The position numbers were made by a program, and so were the translations under genes. A model generated the notes under the pieces. That model saw only the letters and a list, made by a program, of their open reading frames with translations, was not told the DNA's origin and made no database searches. From an uncultured Flavobacteriaceae bacterium (GTDB lineage: Bacteria > Bacteroidota > Bacteroidia > Flavobacteriales > Flavobacteriaceae), in assembly GCA_963816075.1 (NCBI GenBank), contig CAWFJI010000010.1, forward strand, positions 11,678-75,677: a stretch of DNA of 64,000 nt, read 5' to 3'. Every line of letters begins with the position of its first letter. Position 1 is the first letter of the stretch. Shown here piece after piece: positions 29,668-40,465 of this stretch.

Positions 29668-32079
29668 ATGGCAAAGACCAAAAAGAATAGTGCAGCATCT
29701 GAGCAAACCGGCAGTAAGAAAGGGAATTTCCTGTCATTTTTTAAAAGCCCGGAATTTCATCTGGCCTTAGGCGTTTTTGTTTTTTCCTCTTCTATTTTTC
29801 TACTGGTATCTTTCTATTCCTTTTTCAATAACTGGAAAAAGGACCAAAGCCAGCTTGCCGATTTCGCAGACAAAACGGTTGTGGTAGAAAATACCCTGGG
29901 AAAGGCAGGCGCCGGTCTCAGCCATTTCTTTGTATACGATGGCTTTGGTATCGCAACCTTTATTTTTCCGCTCCTGCTCTTCCTGACCGGCTTAAATATT
30001 ATACTCAATATACCTGTCAGGCAATTAAAAAAATACTGGTTCCACGGCATCCTTGCCATGATCTGGTTGTCATGGACCCTGGCTTTCCTGATACCCCAAA
30101 AAACGATTTTTGCCGGTACCATCGGTTATGAGGTCAATGATTTTACGCAGATCTACCTGGGAAAACCCGGCGTGTTCCTCCTGCTCTTCTTCGCGCTTCT
30201 GCTGTTCTTAATTCTCTACTTTCAGCTTAGCCCGCAAAATGTAAAAAACCTCCTTCCCAAGAAAAGAGAAGGACAGTCATCCGATATAAATGACATCACG
30301 GACGAAGGTTATATTGCCGAGGCCATACACGAAAATACCGATAAGTCGCTGGAATTTACCATTACCCAAAACGACCGTGAGAAGGTGAAAAGTTTCTCAA
30401 AAACAGAAATTGTTGAAGATGAAAAAGAAATTGATGCAGAAATAATCACAGTGAAAAGGGACATACCTGAAAATAAAATTTCATCGGATATAAAGATCGA
30501 AGTTGAAAAACCGATATCAGAAGAACAGTTCTTAGACAATCTCTCAAACAAGCTGGTGGAAGAATTTGGTGAATTTGATCCCACCCTCGACCTGCCCAAT
30601 TACCAGTTTCCTTCGCTGGATCTGCTGAATGATTACAACAACGAAAACATCACCATCAATAAAACCGAACTTGAAGAAAACAAGAATACGATTGTTGACA
30701 CCCTGAACAATTACAAAATAGGTATCGACAGTATCAAGGCTACCATTGGCCCGACGGTTACGCTCTATGAGATCGTTCCCAATGCAGGGATACGGATCTC
30801 CAAGATCAAGAACCTGGAAGACGATATCGCCCTGTCACTTTCTGCTTTGGGTATACGGATCATCGCACCCATGCCTGGGAAAGGTACCATCGGAATAGAG
30901 GTTCCCAATAAAAACCCCTCCGTTGTTTCAATGAAATCGGTACTTTCATCGCAGAAATTTCAGACTTCAAAAATGGATTTGCCCATCGCTCTGGGCAAAA
31001 CCATATCCAATGAAACCTATGTGGTCGATCTTGCCAAAATGCCTCATTTGCTGATGGCGGGAGCAACCGGTCAGGGAAAATCTGTTGGTTTGAATGCGGT
31101 GCTTACATCGCTGATCTATAAAAAACACCCCGCAGAAGTAAAATTTGTACTGGTCGATCCGAAAAAAGTGGAGCTTACCCTTTACAATAAGATCGAAAGA
31201 CATTACCTGGCCAAATTGCCAGATACGGAAGAAGCCATTATCACGGATACAAAAAAAGTGGTCAATACCCTGAACTCTTTGTGTATTGAAATGGACAGCC
31301 GCTATGACCTTTTGAAACTGGCTTTTGTCCGAAATATTAAAGAATACAATGAAAAGTTCAAGCTGCGGAAATTAAATCCTGAGAACGGCCACCGTTATTT
31401 GCCTTATATCGTACTTGTAATCGACGAATTTGCCGATCTCATCATGACTGCAGGCAAGGAAATTGAAGCCCCGATCGCACGTCTGGCCCAGCTGGCAAGA
31501 GCCATAGGCATACATTTGATCGTAGCAACACAACGCCCGTCGGTAAATGTGATCACCGGTATCATCAAAGCCAATTTCCCCACCCGGATCGCCTTCAGGG
31601 TAACCTCAAAAATTGATTCCCGAACGATCCTGGATTCGCAGGGTGCAGATCAGCTGATCGGAAAAGGTGATATGCTCATCTCAACAGGCAGTGAACTTAC
31701 CCGTTTGCAATGCGCCTTTATCGACACCCCTGAAGTAGAAAAGATCACCGCTTTCATCGGATCTCAAAGAGCTTATCCGAGTGCCTACCTGCTTCCTGAA
31801 TACTGGGATGATGATGAACTTGGCACCAATCTTGATATCGATATCTCGGAAAGAGATCCGCTTTTCGAAGAAGCTGCCAAACTCGTTGTGATTGCACAAC
31901 AGGGTTCTGCTTCTCTTTTGCAGAGGAAACTTAAACTGGGCTATAACAGAGCCGGCAGAATAATTGATCAGCTCGAGGCTGCCCAGGTTGTAGGCCCCTT
32001 CGAGGGCAGCAAAGCCAGACAAGTGTTGATTACCGATCTGGTCTCACTGGAACGCTTGCTGGACCATGAAAGAGAGTGA
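29668..32079 (+). CDS. ftsK: DNA translocase FtsK/SpoIIIE
   Basis: ORF 29659..32079 with the likely ATG at 29668. N-terminal TM helices, Walker A GATGQGKS, and a C-terminal gamma winged-helix (LLQRKLKLGYNRAGRIIDQLE). Confidence 0.93.
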   Translation: MAKTKKNSAASEQTGSKKGNFLSFFKSPEFHLALGVFVFSSSIFLLVSFYSFFNNWKKDQSQLADFADKTVVVENTLGKAGAGLSHFFVYDGFGIATFIFPLLLFLTGLNIILNIPVRQLKKYWFHGILAMIWLSWTLAFLIPQKTIFAGTIGYEVNDFTQIYLGKPGVFLLLFFALLLFLILYFQLSPQNVKNLLPKKREGQSSDINDITDEGYIAEAIHENTDKSLEFTITQNDREKVKSFSKTEIVEDEKEIDAEIITVKRDIPENKISSDIKIEVEKPISEEQFLDNLSNKLVEEFGEFDPTLDLPNYQFPSLDLLNDYNNENITINKTELEENKNTIVDTLNNYKIGIDSIKATIGPTVTLYEIVPNAGIRISKIKNLEDDIALSLSALGIRIIAPMPGKGTIGIEVPNKNPSVVSMKSVLSSQKFQTSKMDLPIALGKTISNETYVVDLAKMPHLLMAGATGQGKSVGLNAVLTSLIYKKHPAEVKFVLVDPKKVELTLYNKIERHYLAKLPDTEEAIITDTKKVVNTLNSLCIEMDSRYDLLKLAFVRNIKEYNEKFKLRKLNPENGHRYLPYIVLVIDEFADLIMTAGKEIEAPIARLAQLARAIGIHLIVATQRPSVNVITGIIKANFPTRIAFRVTSKIDSRTILDSQGADQLIGKGDMLISTGSELTRLQCAFIDTPEVEKITAFIGSQRAYPSAYLLPEYWDDDELGTNLDIDISERDPLFEEAAKLVVIAQQGSASLLQRKLKLGYNRAGRIIDQLEAAQVVGPFEGSKARQVLITDLVSLERLLDHERE

Positions 32080-32202
32080 AACCGGTTTTAAATTCGGTAA
32101 GGACCGGGTAAAAAAACAGCCGGGCAACGGATCCTTTTCAATTTGTTGTGGGTTATCTGATAAACAAATGAATTAGGCTTTAATACAGTTAAAAAATATA
32201 CT

Positions 32203-32847
32203 ATGAGAAAATTGACGATTCTGATTGGATTCTTATTGATCGGATACCTGGGTTCAGCCCAGACAGAAGCAGCGGCTAAAGCGCTGCTGGACGAAGTGAA
32301 TAAAACGATGAAGGCCTATAAGAACATTTATATAGACTTTGAATATGCCCTCGATAACAAGGCGGAAAAAGTGCAACAGAAAAATGAGGGCAATGCCACC
32401 CTGGAAGGCGATAAATACAGGGTAAATTTATTCGGCACCACCCAGATCTTTGACGGCAAAAAGACCTATACCATCATACCTGAAAACGAGGAGGTCAATA
32501 TCAGTTTGCTGGATGAAGACAACGACAATTCGTTCACGCCATCCAAGTTTTATTCTTTTTATCAGAAAGGTTATAAGTTTAGCATGCTCAGTGCCAAGGA
32601 CAATCCCGGTAAAAATATACAGCTGGTTCAGCTCACCCCGATCAAATTGGATACGGAAACACAGAAAATTGTGATCGGGATCGATTCCAAAACCAAACAT
32701 ATTTCGCATATTACGGAAACCGGAAAAAATGGGACACAAACCAAACTGACAGTGAAAAAGTTCCTGACCAACCAAACCCTTCAACCGGGAACTTTTACCT
32801 TCGATACAAAAAAATACAAATCGCTTGGCTATATGATCAATGATTAA
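32203..32847 (+). CDS. LolA-like outer membrane lipoprotein carrier protein
   Basis: 214-aa ORF with a signal peptide. Its position downstream of ftsK and its sequence are typical of the Bacteroidota LolA-like family. Confidence 0.7.
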   Translation: MRKLTILIGFLLIGYLGSAQTEAAAKALLDEVNKTMKAYKNIYIDFEYALDNKAEKVQQKNEGNATLEGDKYRVNLFGTTQIFDGKKTYTIIPENEEVNISLLDEDNDNSFTPSKFYSFYQKGYKFSMLSAKDNPGKNIQLVQLTPIKLDTETQKIVIGIDSKTKHISHITETGKNGTQTKLTVKKFLTNQTLQPGTFTFDTKKYKSLGYMIND

Positions 32848-32871
32848 CTTGATCAGGGTGAACTCCAAAAA

Positions 32872-34470
32872 ATGAGGATCTTAAACAGATACATAATCAA
32901 GAGTTTTCTGGCTCCCTTCCTGGCGACATTTCTGGTCATTCTGTTCGTCCTGATCATGCAGGCGCTCTGGCTGCAATTCGATAAAATTGCAGGTAAAGGG
33001 ATCAGCATCATGATCATTTTTAAATTCCTCGGCTATTTGTCGCTCATGATGGTGCCCACCGCATTGCCGATCGCCATTCTGCTCGCCTCAATCATGACAC
33101 TTGGGGCACTGGCCGAAAATTATGAGCTGGCCGCTGTGAAATCAGCCGGAATTTCATTGAGACGCTTTATTGTTCCACTGCTGTTTCTCATGCTAATCCT
33201 CAGTATCTTTAATTTTTTGTTCCTGAACTATGTTTTCCCCTACGCTTCTCTGAAATCTCAGAACCTTATCTACAACATGAAAATGAAGGAACCCGGACTG
33301 GCTTTGGTTGCAGGAACTTTCAATACCGAGATCCCCGGTTATACCATCAAATTTGATGAAAAATATGGGGAAGATGAGAATCTTCTCAAAAACATACTCA
33401 TTTATCAGGTAGGTAACAATGAAGTAAACAACAAGGTGATTACTGCAAAAAAGGGTACAATTTTAAATGAGGAAGGCAGCAGGTATTTAACACTGATACT
33501 GGAAGACGGTCATTACTTTGAAGACATAGAAAAAAGGCGGGCAACTGTTGATGAAAGAAAAAGAATGCCTTTCAGCAAGGCTGATTTTAAAGATTACACG
33601 GTAAATATCGACATATCAAACATCGGAGATTTTGACCCGGATGAAGTTAAATTCAATACGGGCAAGGAAATGCTCAGTCTGGGTCAGTTGAATTTTTATA
33701 TTGATTCCTTATCCCCCCATTACAGTACGTACATCAAGAGTAAAAGTGACAGATTATACCTGGTCATGCGAGCCAACACACTCAGTGCGGATTCGACCAG
33801 CAGGGGCCTGGTTCATATTGATTCCCTTAGCTTGGATACCATCAGCACCTATGCCAATGCAAAATATGGTAAATTAAATGATTCCCTGATTCCGGATTCC
33901 ATGAAAATGGTTACTGCTAAAAAAATTGCCAGGGATATTGACTCGGCCATGACATATACCGTTTCCGGAGCAAAGCTTAAAAAAGATATCCTTGAAAACT
34001 TTGATGAAGTACGAAAAACCCAGGTGCTTGACAATGCCATTGTCCTTGCACAAAGCAACATAGATAACCTGAACAGTTACAAAGACCTGGTAATTGGAAA
34101 AGCAAAAATTATCAATTCATACAATACAGAATACCACAAACGCCTGGCCTATTCTGTTGCCTGTCTGGTGCTGTTCTTTATTGGTGCACCCCTGGGCTCG
34201 ATCATACGTAAAGGGGGATTTGGGCTACCGATGATCGTAGCGATTATTATTTTTGTGATCTATTTCTTCCTGTCCACCCTGGGCAAGAATATGGCAGAAT
34301 CAAATAAAATTCCACCTTTTCTTGGAGGATGGCTGGCTACCTTTGTGCTGCTGCCTTTCGGATTGCTCCTTTTGCGCAGAGCCACAAGAGATAAAGGCAT
34401 GTTCAATATGGATCTGTTTTTACAGCCCATAACGAACTTTCTGTCGAGGTTTACAAAAATAAAAAACTAA
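32872..34470 (+). CDS. LptF/LptG family permease (YjgP/YjgQ)
   Basis: 532-aa ORF. N-terminus MRILNRYIIKSFLAPFL is typical of LptF/G. TM helices flank a large periplasmic domain. Confidence 0.8.
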   Translation: MRILNRYIIKSFLAPFLATFLVILFVLIMQALWLQFDKIAGKGISIMIIFKFLGYLSLMMVPTALPIAILLASIMTLGALAENYELAAVKSAGISLRRFIVPLLFLMLILSIFNFLFLNYVFPYASLKSQNLIYNMKMKEPGLALVAGTFNTEIPGYTIKFDEKYGEDENLLKNILIYQVGNNEVNNKVITAKKGTILNEEGSRYLTLILEDGHYFEDIEKRRATVDERKRMPFSKADFKDYTVNIDISNIGDFDPDEVKFNTGKEMLSLGQLNFYIDSLSPHYSTYIKSKSDRLYLVMRANTLSADSTSRGLVHIDSLSLDTISTYANAKYGKLNDSLIPDSMKMVTAKKIARDIDSAMTYTVSGAKLKKDILENFDEVRKTQVLDNAIVLAQSNIDNLNSYKDLVIGKAKIINSYNTEYHKRLAYSVACLVLFFIGAPLGSIIRKGGFGLPMIVAIIIFVIYFFLSTLGKNMAESNKIPPFLGGWLATFVLLPFGLLLLRRATRDKGMFNMDLFLQPITNFLSRFTKIKN

Positions 34471-34492
34471 AAGCCTAAGGACTTTAAAAAAC

Positions 34493-35647
34493 ATGATGAC
34501 AAGTACACAGCAAATAAATCAAAAACGCTTGCTTAACACCATAGAAGAAGCGATTCAGGACATCAGAAAAGGCAAATTGGTGATCGTTGTTGATGACGAG
34601 GACCGCGAAAATGAGGGTGACTTTATTGCTGCTGCCGAAATGGTGACTCCTGAAATGATCAATTTTATGGCCACATATGGCAGGGGACTGATCTGCGCGC
34701 CGCTAACAGAAAAAAGATGTGAGGAGCTGGGACTGGAATTGATGGTTGGAAAGAATACCGTGCTTCACAATACACAATTCACGGTATCTGTTGACTTGAT
34801 CGGACAAGGCTGCACCACGGGCATTTCTGCACACGACAGGGCCAAAACGGTAAAGGCCCTGACTGCTTCTGAAACCAAACCGGAAGATCTGGGAAGGCCC
34901 GGTCACATTTTTCCTCTCAAAGCCAAAATTGGCGGGGTGTTGAGAAGAACCGGACACACCGAGGCAGCCATTGACCTGGCCAGGCTCGCAGGCCTGAAAC
35001 CGGCAGGATTGCTGGTGGAAATTTTAAATGACGATGGATCTATGGCGCGGCTGCCGCAATTACTTGAAGTGGCAAAAAAATTCGATCTGAAAATAATCTC
35101 CATTGAAGAACTGGTAGCTTATAGGATGCTACACGATTCCCTGATCAATAAAATTGAGGTTTTTAATGTTAATACGCGCTTTGGCAATTACACCCTGCAC
35201 GCCTATAAACAAAAAACCAATGACCAGGTCCATATTGCCCTTACCCTGGGGGAATGGAACAGCGGGGAGACCGTAGCGGTAAGGGTAAATTCTACCCTGG
35301 TAAACAATGACCTCATCGGAACACTCATTGACAACCCCGATGACAAACTGGGGAAAATGTTTGAAGTGATCAAACGTGAAGGCAGAGGAGCCATGGTTTT
35401 TATCAACCAGGAGAACAAAACTTTTGATCTGGCCAACAGGATCAAAGAACTGAAAAAATTCCAGGAAACAGGCGAAGGTGTAATTCAGATACAGAAAATG
35501 GATGACAAGGATTTTGGTATTGGGGCACAGATCCTCCACAACCTGAATATTCATAAGCTGCGGTTGATCTCAAATAACCGGTCGGATAAAAAACGTGTCG
35601 GTATGATCGGCTATGGATTGGAGATTATAGATCACCTTACCTATTAA
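34493..35647 (+). CDS. ribBA: bifunctional 3,4-dihydroxy-2-butanone-4-phosphate synthase / GTP cyclohydrolase II-like
   Basis: 384-aa ORF. RibB motifs [10 protein letters not shown] and [16 protein letters not shown], followed by a RibA-like C-terminal half. Confidence 0.88.
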   Translation: MMTSTQQINQKRLLNTIEEAIQDIRKGKLVIVVDDEDRENEGDFIAAAEMVTPEMINFMATYGRGLICAPLTEKRCEELGLELMVGKNTVLHNTQFTVSVDLIGQGCTTGISAHDRAKTVKALTASETKPEDLGRPGHIFPLKAKIGGVLRRTGHTEAAIDLARLAGLKPAGLLVEILNDDGSMARLPQLLEVAKKFDLKIISIEELVAYRMLHDSLINKIEVFNVNTRFGNYTLHAYKQKTNDQVHIALTLGEWNSGETVAVRVNSTLVNNDLIGTLIDNPDDKLGKMFEVIKREGRGAMVFINQENKTFDLANRIKELKKFQETGEGVIQIQKMDDKDFGIGAQILHNLNIHKLRLISNNRSDKKRVGMIGYGLEIIDHLTY

Positions 35648-35697
35648 TAATCCAACAAAATTGATTTTAATCCCCGCTATTTTGTATTTTAGTTCGT

Positions 35698-36741
35698 GTG
35701 AAAAATCTCCGCAAAATATTGTATCCCCTTTCTCTTGTTTATGATGAGATCACAAAAGCCAGAAACAAGGCCTACGATAAAAACATAATAACCAGGCATA
35801 CCTTCGAAGTCCCTGTTATTGGTATCGGTAACCTCAGCATGGGGGGTACAGGCAAAACACCCATGATCGAATACCTGATCCGCTTATTGGGTAAAGATTA
35901 CAGAACTGCCGTTCTGAGCAGGGGTTATAAGAGAAAGAGCAAGGGATTTGTGCTGGCTGATGCAAATTCAACTTTTGAGACACTGGGTGATGAACCCATG
36001 CAATACTACAGAAAGTTTGAAAATATTACTGTAGCTGTGGATGCCGACAGGGTAAATGGAATTAAGCGCTTGCTGGAACAGGATCCGGGTCCCGAAGTCA
36101 TTTTGCTGGATGACGTATTTCAGCACAGAAAAGTACTTCCAGGTTTTTCCATACTACTCACCTCCTACGACAAATTGTATACCGAAGACACTGTCCTGCC
36201 GGCCGGTGATCTGAGAGAAAACAGCTCCGGTGCCAAACGGTCACAGGTCATTCTCGTTACCAAATGCCCCGAAGGATTGTCTGAAACGGAACAATTCGAA
36301 ATAGCCAAAAAACTGAAGCCCGAACTAAATCAGACGCTTTTCTTTACGACGATCGCCTACGACGATAAAGTCCGGTCGGCATCCGGAACAATACCACTCA
36401 GCGCACTCAGGAATTATGAGGTGCTCCTGGTTACGGGAATCGCAAAAACAAAGCCGCTTAGCCAATTTTTAGCTCAGCAGGAAATCAAATTTGAACATGT
36501 CCGTTTTCCCGATCACCACAATTTCACGGCCGCTGATATTCAGGACATCGGAAAACAATATGACAAAATGAAATCCGAAAAAAAGATCATCCTGACTACC
36601 GAAAAAGATTATGTCAGGTTGTACCCAAGGGTGGGCGAAAATATCTATTTCCTTCCCATAGAAACCGCTTTTATTGCCAATGAAAAAGATTTTAACAAAC
36701 TCATTTTAGATTATGTACGAAAAAATACAAGAAACAGTTGA
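35698..36741 (+). CDS. lpxK: tetraacyldisaccharide 4'-kinase
   Basis: 347-aa ORF with a GTG start and the P-loop GNLSMGGTGKTP. Confidence 0.9.
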   Translation: MKNLRKILYPLSLVYDEITKARNKAYDKNIITRHTFEVPVIGIGNLSMGGTGKTPMIEYLIRLLGKDYRTAVLSRGYKRKSKGFVLADANSTFETLGDEPMQYYRKFENITVAVDADRVNGIKRLLEQDPGPEVILLDDVFQHRKVLPGFSILLTSYDKLYTEDTVLPAGDLRENSSGAKRSQVILVTKCPEGLSETEQFEIAKKLKPELNQTLFFTTIAYDDKVRSASGTIPLSALRNYEVLLVTGIAKTKPLSQFLAQQEIKFEHVRFPDHHNFTAADIQDIGKQYDKMKSEKKIILTTEKDYVRLYPRVGENIYFLPIETAFIANEKDFNKLILDYVRKNTRNS

Positions 36742-37525
36742 TTACCTGATCAATAAGGGCTTTAAAAGTCCTGATTTTGGCATCGTTATGGGTACCGGCC
36801 TCGGTAATTTATCCACGATCATCAGGGATCAGATTATCATTCCATATACAGAAATCCCTAACTTCCCTTTTTCTACGGTTGCTGGTCATTCCGGAAACCT
36901 TATTTACGGAGCTATAGGCGACAAGAAAGTGGTGGCCTTGCAGGGCAGGTTTCATTATTATGAAGGCTGGTCTACGGAACAGGCAACTTTTCCGATCAGG
37001 GTAATGAAATTTTTAGGGATAGAAAAAGTCATCATTTCAAATGCGGCAGGCGGAGTTAATCCATATTTTAAGGTTGGAGATATCATGCTGATCACTGACC
37101 ACATCAATCTGATGCCTGATCACCCTTTGAGGGGAAAGAACGAACCCAGGTTCGGACCCAGGTTTGTGGATATGCATGAACCCTATAACCCGGCCATGAT
37201 AGAAAACATGTTCAAAGTAGCCCGGAATCTAAATCTGAATTTACAAAAAGGCGTTTACCTGGCCTTGCAGGGACCCACTTTTGAAACTCCTGCAGAGTAT
37301 AAAATGGTTCATATACTGGGTGCAGATGCTGTAGGAATGAGCACCGTACCAGAAGTGATCGTAGCAAAACACATGAGCATGGACTGCCTGGGAATCTCGG
37401 TAATTACCGATTTGGGTATTGAAGGCCATGTTGAGGCCGTTTCTCATGAGGCTGTACAACTCGCGGCAAAAAGTGTGGAAAAAGATGTTTGTTTATTGGT
37501 TGAAAACTTCATAAAATCCTATTAA
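36713..37525 (+). CDS. purine-nucleoside phosphorylase (PNP family)
   Basis: 270-aa ORF with motifs GTGLG, SNAAGG and GMSTVPE. Overlaps the lpxK end by 29 nt. Confidence 0.88.
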   Translation: MYEKIQETVDYLINKGFKSPDFGIVMGTGLGNLSTIIRDQIIIPYTEIPNFPFSTVAGHSGNLIYGAIGDKKVVALQGRFHYYEGWSTEQATFPIRVMKFLGIEKVIISNAAGGVNPYFKVGDIMLITDHINLMPDHPLRGKNEPRFGPRFVDMHEPYNPAMIENMFKVARNLNLNLQKGVYLALQGPTFETPAEYKMVHILGADAVGMSTVPEVIVAKHMSMDCLGISVITDLGIEGHVEAVSHEAVQLAAKSVEKDVCLLVENFIKSY

Positions 37526-37540
37526 CCAATAGATTAAAAT

Positions 37541-37568
37541 AAAAAACATCCGCCAGGCGGATGTTTTC
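37541..37568 (+). terminator. rho-independent terminator after the PNP gene
   Basis: CATCCGCC-A-GGCGGATG hairpin (37547-37563) followed by TTTT. An A-run on the 5' side could make it bidirectional. Confidence 0.8.
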
Positions 37569-37705
37569 TAAACTTACTAACTCAAAATTAATTATAATGA
37601 AAACAAAACTAATGGGGAATTTTGCTATTCCCTATATCTAATACAATAAATGTGCCATTTTTTTAAGATTCATGTTAACTTATTGTTAAATAAAAAATGA
37701 ACAAT

Positions 37706-38572
37706 TTATTCCAAATGTTTCTGCGCTTTATAAGATGAACGGACAAGGGCACCACTTTCTACATGCCTGAATCCCAAAGATAATCCAAAATTTTTATATT
37801 TTTCAAATAATTCCGGGTGAATATATTCTTTTACGGGCAAATGATTTTTCGTAGGCTGCAGGTACTGTCCGATGGTAACCACATCCACAAGCGCCGCTTT
37901 CAGATCCCTTAGCGTTTCATAAACTTCTTCTTCGGTTTCCCCCAGGCCCAGCATAATACCGGATTTCGTTCTCTTCTGACCACTTTCCTTTATGTATTTC
38001 AATACTTCCAGACTGCGGTCATATTTCGCCTGGATCCGCACTTCGCGGGTTAGCCTTCGCACCGTTTCCAGGTTGTGAGAGATGATCTCAGGGCTAACTG
38101 CTACAAGCCGGTCAATATTTACATGAATGCCGCGAAAATCCGGGATCAAAGTTTCCAGGGTTGTTTCGGGGTTGGTTCTTCGGATGGCTTTAATGGTTTC
38201 CGCCCAGATGATGGATCCCCCGTCTTGCAGGTCATCCCGGTCAACAGAAGTGATCACAGCATGTTTGATCTTCATGATTTCTATGGATCTGGCTACTTTT
38301 TCGGGTTCATCCCAGGCAACGCTTTCCGGTTTTCCGGTCTTTACGCCGCAAAAACCACAGGACCTGGTACAGATATTGCCCAGGATCATGAATGTGGCCG
38401 TTCCCTCACCCCAGCATTCACCCATATTGGGACAACTTCCACTGGCACAGATGGTATTCAGTTTATATTTATCCACCAGGCCTCTCAGTTGGGTGTAATT
38501 CTTCCCGACAGGTAGTTTTACCCGCAACCATTCAGGTTTTTTAAACGGCAATATAACGGAATCTTCAGCCAT
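37706..38572 (-). CDS. lipA: lipoyl synthase
   Basis: 288-aa ORF with the radical-SAM cluster CTRSCGFC and the auxiliary cluster motif CPNMGEC. Confidence 0.94.
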   Translation of the reverse strand: MAEDSVILPFKKPEWLRVKLPVGKNYTQLRGLVDKYKLNTICASGSCPNMGECWGEGTATFMILGNICTRSCGFCGVKTGKPESVAWDEPEKVARSIEIMKIKHAVITSVDRDDLQDGGSIIWAETIKAIRRTNPETTLETLIPDFRGIHVNIDRLVAVSPEIISHNLETVRRLTREVRIQAKYDRSLEVLKYIKESGQKRTKSGIMLGLGETEEEVYETLRDLKAALVDVVTIGQYLQPTKNHLPVKEYIHPELFEKYKNFGLSLGFRHVESGALVRSSYKAQKHLE

Positions 38573-38661
38573 AAGATGAATTTAAATGCAAAAATACAAA
38601 GAAAAACACAACAATCAGATCGGATTAAAAAATAGCATGCTGAAGTACTTGAGTAAAAATC

Positions 38662-39890
38662 CTAAAAAAGTGTAATCAGATACCAAATGCTGAATCCGAT
38701 CAGAAATACGATACCCAGAATACTCCAGACCCTCATCCAGAAGTTCGGACGGAATTCAGCCGGAGTATGCCTGCTGTTGATCAGGATATAATTGGCAATT
38801 GCATAAAAAGGAGCTGTGAGAAATGAAATGATGGTTGCTATTTTCACCATTCCGATCATGCTGGTAAGTAAGAAGCTCAAAATGATCATGGTTCCCGCTG
38901 CCAGTAAAAGTATCCAGAACAAATAAGACCTCGGCATAGCTTTCCGAAAAGCAATTCGGTTGTATGTGCCATCGATCTGGGAGATGCATCCAGAGTGGTT
39001 ATGGTTGTACTGAACATGGTTGTAAAGGCAGCAACAGCGATAAAAACTGCACTCTGTTCACCCAGATTATCAGTGTACAATTGTATAAGCTGGCTCGCAA
39101 ATTCGGAGGCCCCGTTCCCAAAAGTCATGCCCGAATTATGCATAACAAAATTACCCAGCGCAATAAAACAGGCACCGATAAAAACGGTAACAACGTACCC
39201 GATATTAAAATCTAAAAATGCCCTCTTTCGTTTAAATTCTTTGTTGCCCTTTTGCTTTTCTAAAGTCCAAAGAGACTGCCAGATAGAAACGTCGAGGGGT
39301 GCTGGCATCCAGCCCAAAAAAGCGATAAGAAAAGCCACCTCCACTGCACCGGAAGGAATGACCTGGCTAAAGTCGGGTGCGGCCCCCGCATTCATACCTG
39401 CTATAATTACGGCGATCACAGAACTGATCGTCAGGATCAGTACGATCGCTTTCATAAGCGGATCCAGAAATTTATACCTGCCAAGCAACAACATCAAAAG
39501 AATAATCACTGTAATAATAATACTCCATACCGAAATGCTCAGGGAAAACCCGAAAAGATGTGAAGCAAGACCGGCTGTGACCACTGTAACCGCTGCCTGT
39601 ATGGTGAACATGGTCAAAAATGTCAGTACAAAATAAAAGACGAGCAGTCCCCTGCCCAGTTTGAAATAACCGTCGATCAGACTTTCGCCTGTGGCGATAG
39701 CATACCGTGTACCGAATTGTATAAAGGGATATTTAAATATATTGACTATGAGCAATGCCCATAAGAGTCCGAATCCATAATCGGCTCCGGCCCTTGTGGA
39801 TTGTACCAGATGGGAAACACCGATAGCCGCTCCTGCGAACAGAAGTCCGGGTCCCAGTGACCTTATTGCCGATGTTACTTTATTCAGCAT
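38662..39890 (-). pseudogene. NRAMP-family divalent metal cation transporter, split by a -1 frameshift (ORFs 38886..39890 and 38662..38937)
   Basis: The 334-aa N-terminal part (GPGLLFAGAAIGVSHLVQSTRAG, polytopic) is followed by a 91-aa hydrophobic C-terminal part in another frame. The join is near TTELLFGK / MPRSYLFWILLLAAG at 38941-38950. Confidence 0.75.
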
Positions 39891-39892
39891 CC

Positions 39893-40456
39893 TTATTTTG
39901 ATTCATTGGCCAGAATGATCTCCGACAGGATTTTTTTTGCTCTTAACAGTTTGACCTTGATATTGCTCATAGGTTCGTTGAGTATCTCTGCCATTTCCTT
40001 ATAGCTCAGATCCTGAAAATACCTCAGATTGATCACCTGCTGGTAATGGGGTTTAAGCTGTTTTATATAGCCTTTCAGCAGGGATAAATTCTGTTCTATG
40101 ATGAGCAGGTCAGCCGGAGAGGGCTCTTCGTCAATAATTCCGAGCAGGTTGTCCTGCTCCTTGCCCATCGATACCATTTCTGCTTTCCGCAACCTGATAT
40201 GGTCCACAAAAATATTGGCTGAAATGGTTATCAGCCAGTTTTTAAAGGAATACTGTTCATCAAAAGTGTTTAGTTTATCAAAGGCTCGGGCAAAAGTTTT
40301 GATGGTGATATCCTCGGCTTCGTTTTCATCATTGCTTTTACTGAACTGAAATCTGTAAACATCCTTCCAAAATGTGTTTAAAAGTGTGGTATAGGCATTT
40401 TGATCACCGCCCTTTGCACGTTGAATAATTTCTAAAAGTTGGGCATTATCCTTCAT
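39893..40456 (-). CDS. RNA polymerase sigma-70 family (ECF-type) sigma factor
   Basis: 187-aa ORF with region 2 (YRFQFSKSNDENEAEDITIKTFARAF) and region 4 HTH (LSYKEMAEILNEPMSNIKVKLLRAKK). Confidence 0.85.
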   Translation of the reverse strand: MKDNAQLLEIIQRAKGGDQNAYTTLLNTFWKDVYRFQFSKSNDENEAEDITIKTFARAFDKLNTFDEQYSFKNWLITISANIFVDHIRLRKAEMVSMGKEQDNLLGIIDEEPSPADLLIIEQNLSLLKGYIKQLKPHYQQVINLRYFQDLSYKEMAEILNEPMSNIKVKLLRAKKILSEIILANESK

Positions 40457-40465
40457 ACTACGTAT

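Noticed and set aside
34471-34492. FMN riboswitch upstream of ribBA.
   Set aside because: Only 22 nt separate the LptF/G stop from the ribBA start, which is too short for an FMN aptamer, and I saw no conserved FMN-element sequence.
37598-37642. 14-codon mini-ORF (MKTKLMGNFAIPYI) in the PNP-lipA intergenic region.
   Set aside because: It is too short and has no supporting signal such as conservation, a promoter box or context. It is most likely chance.
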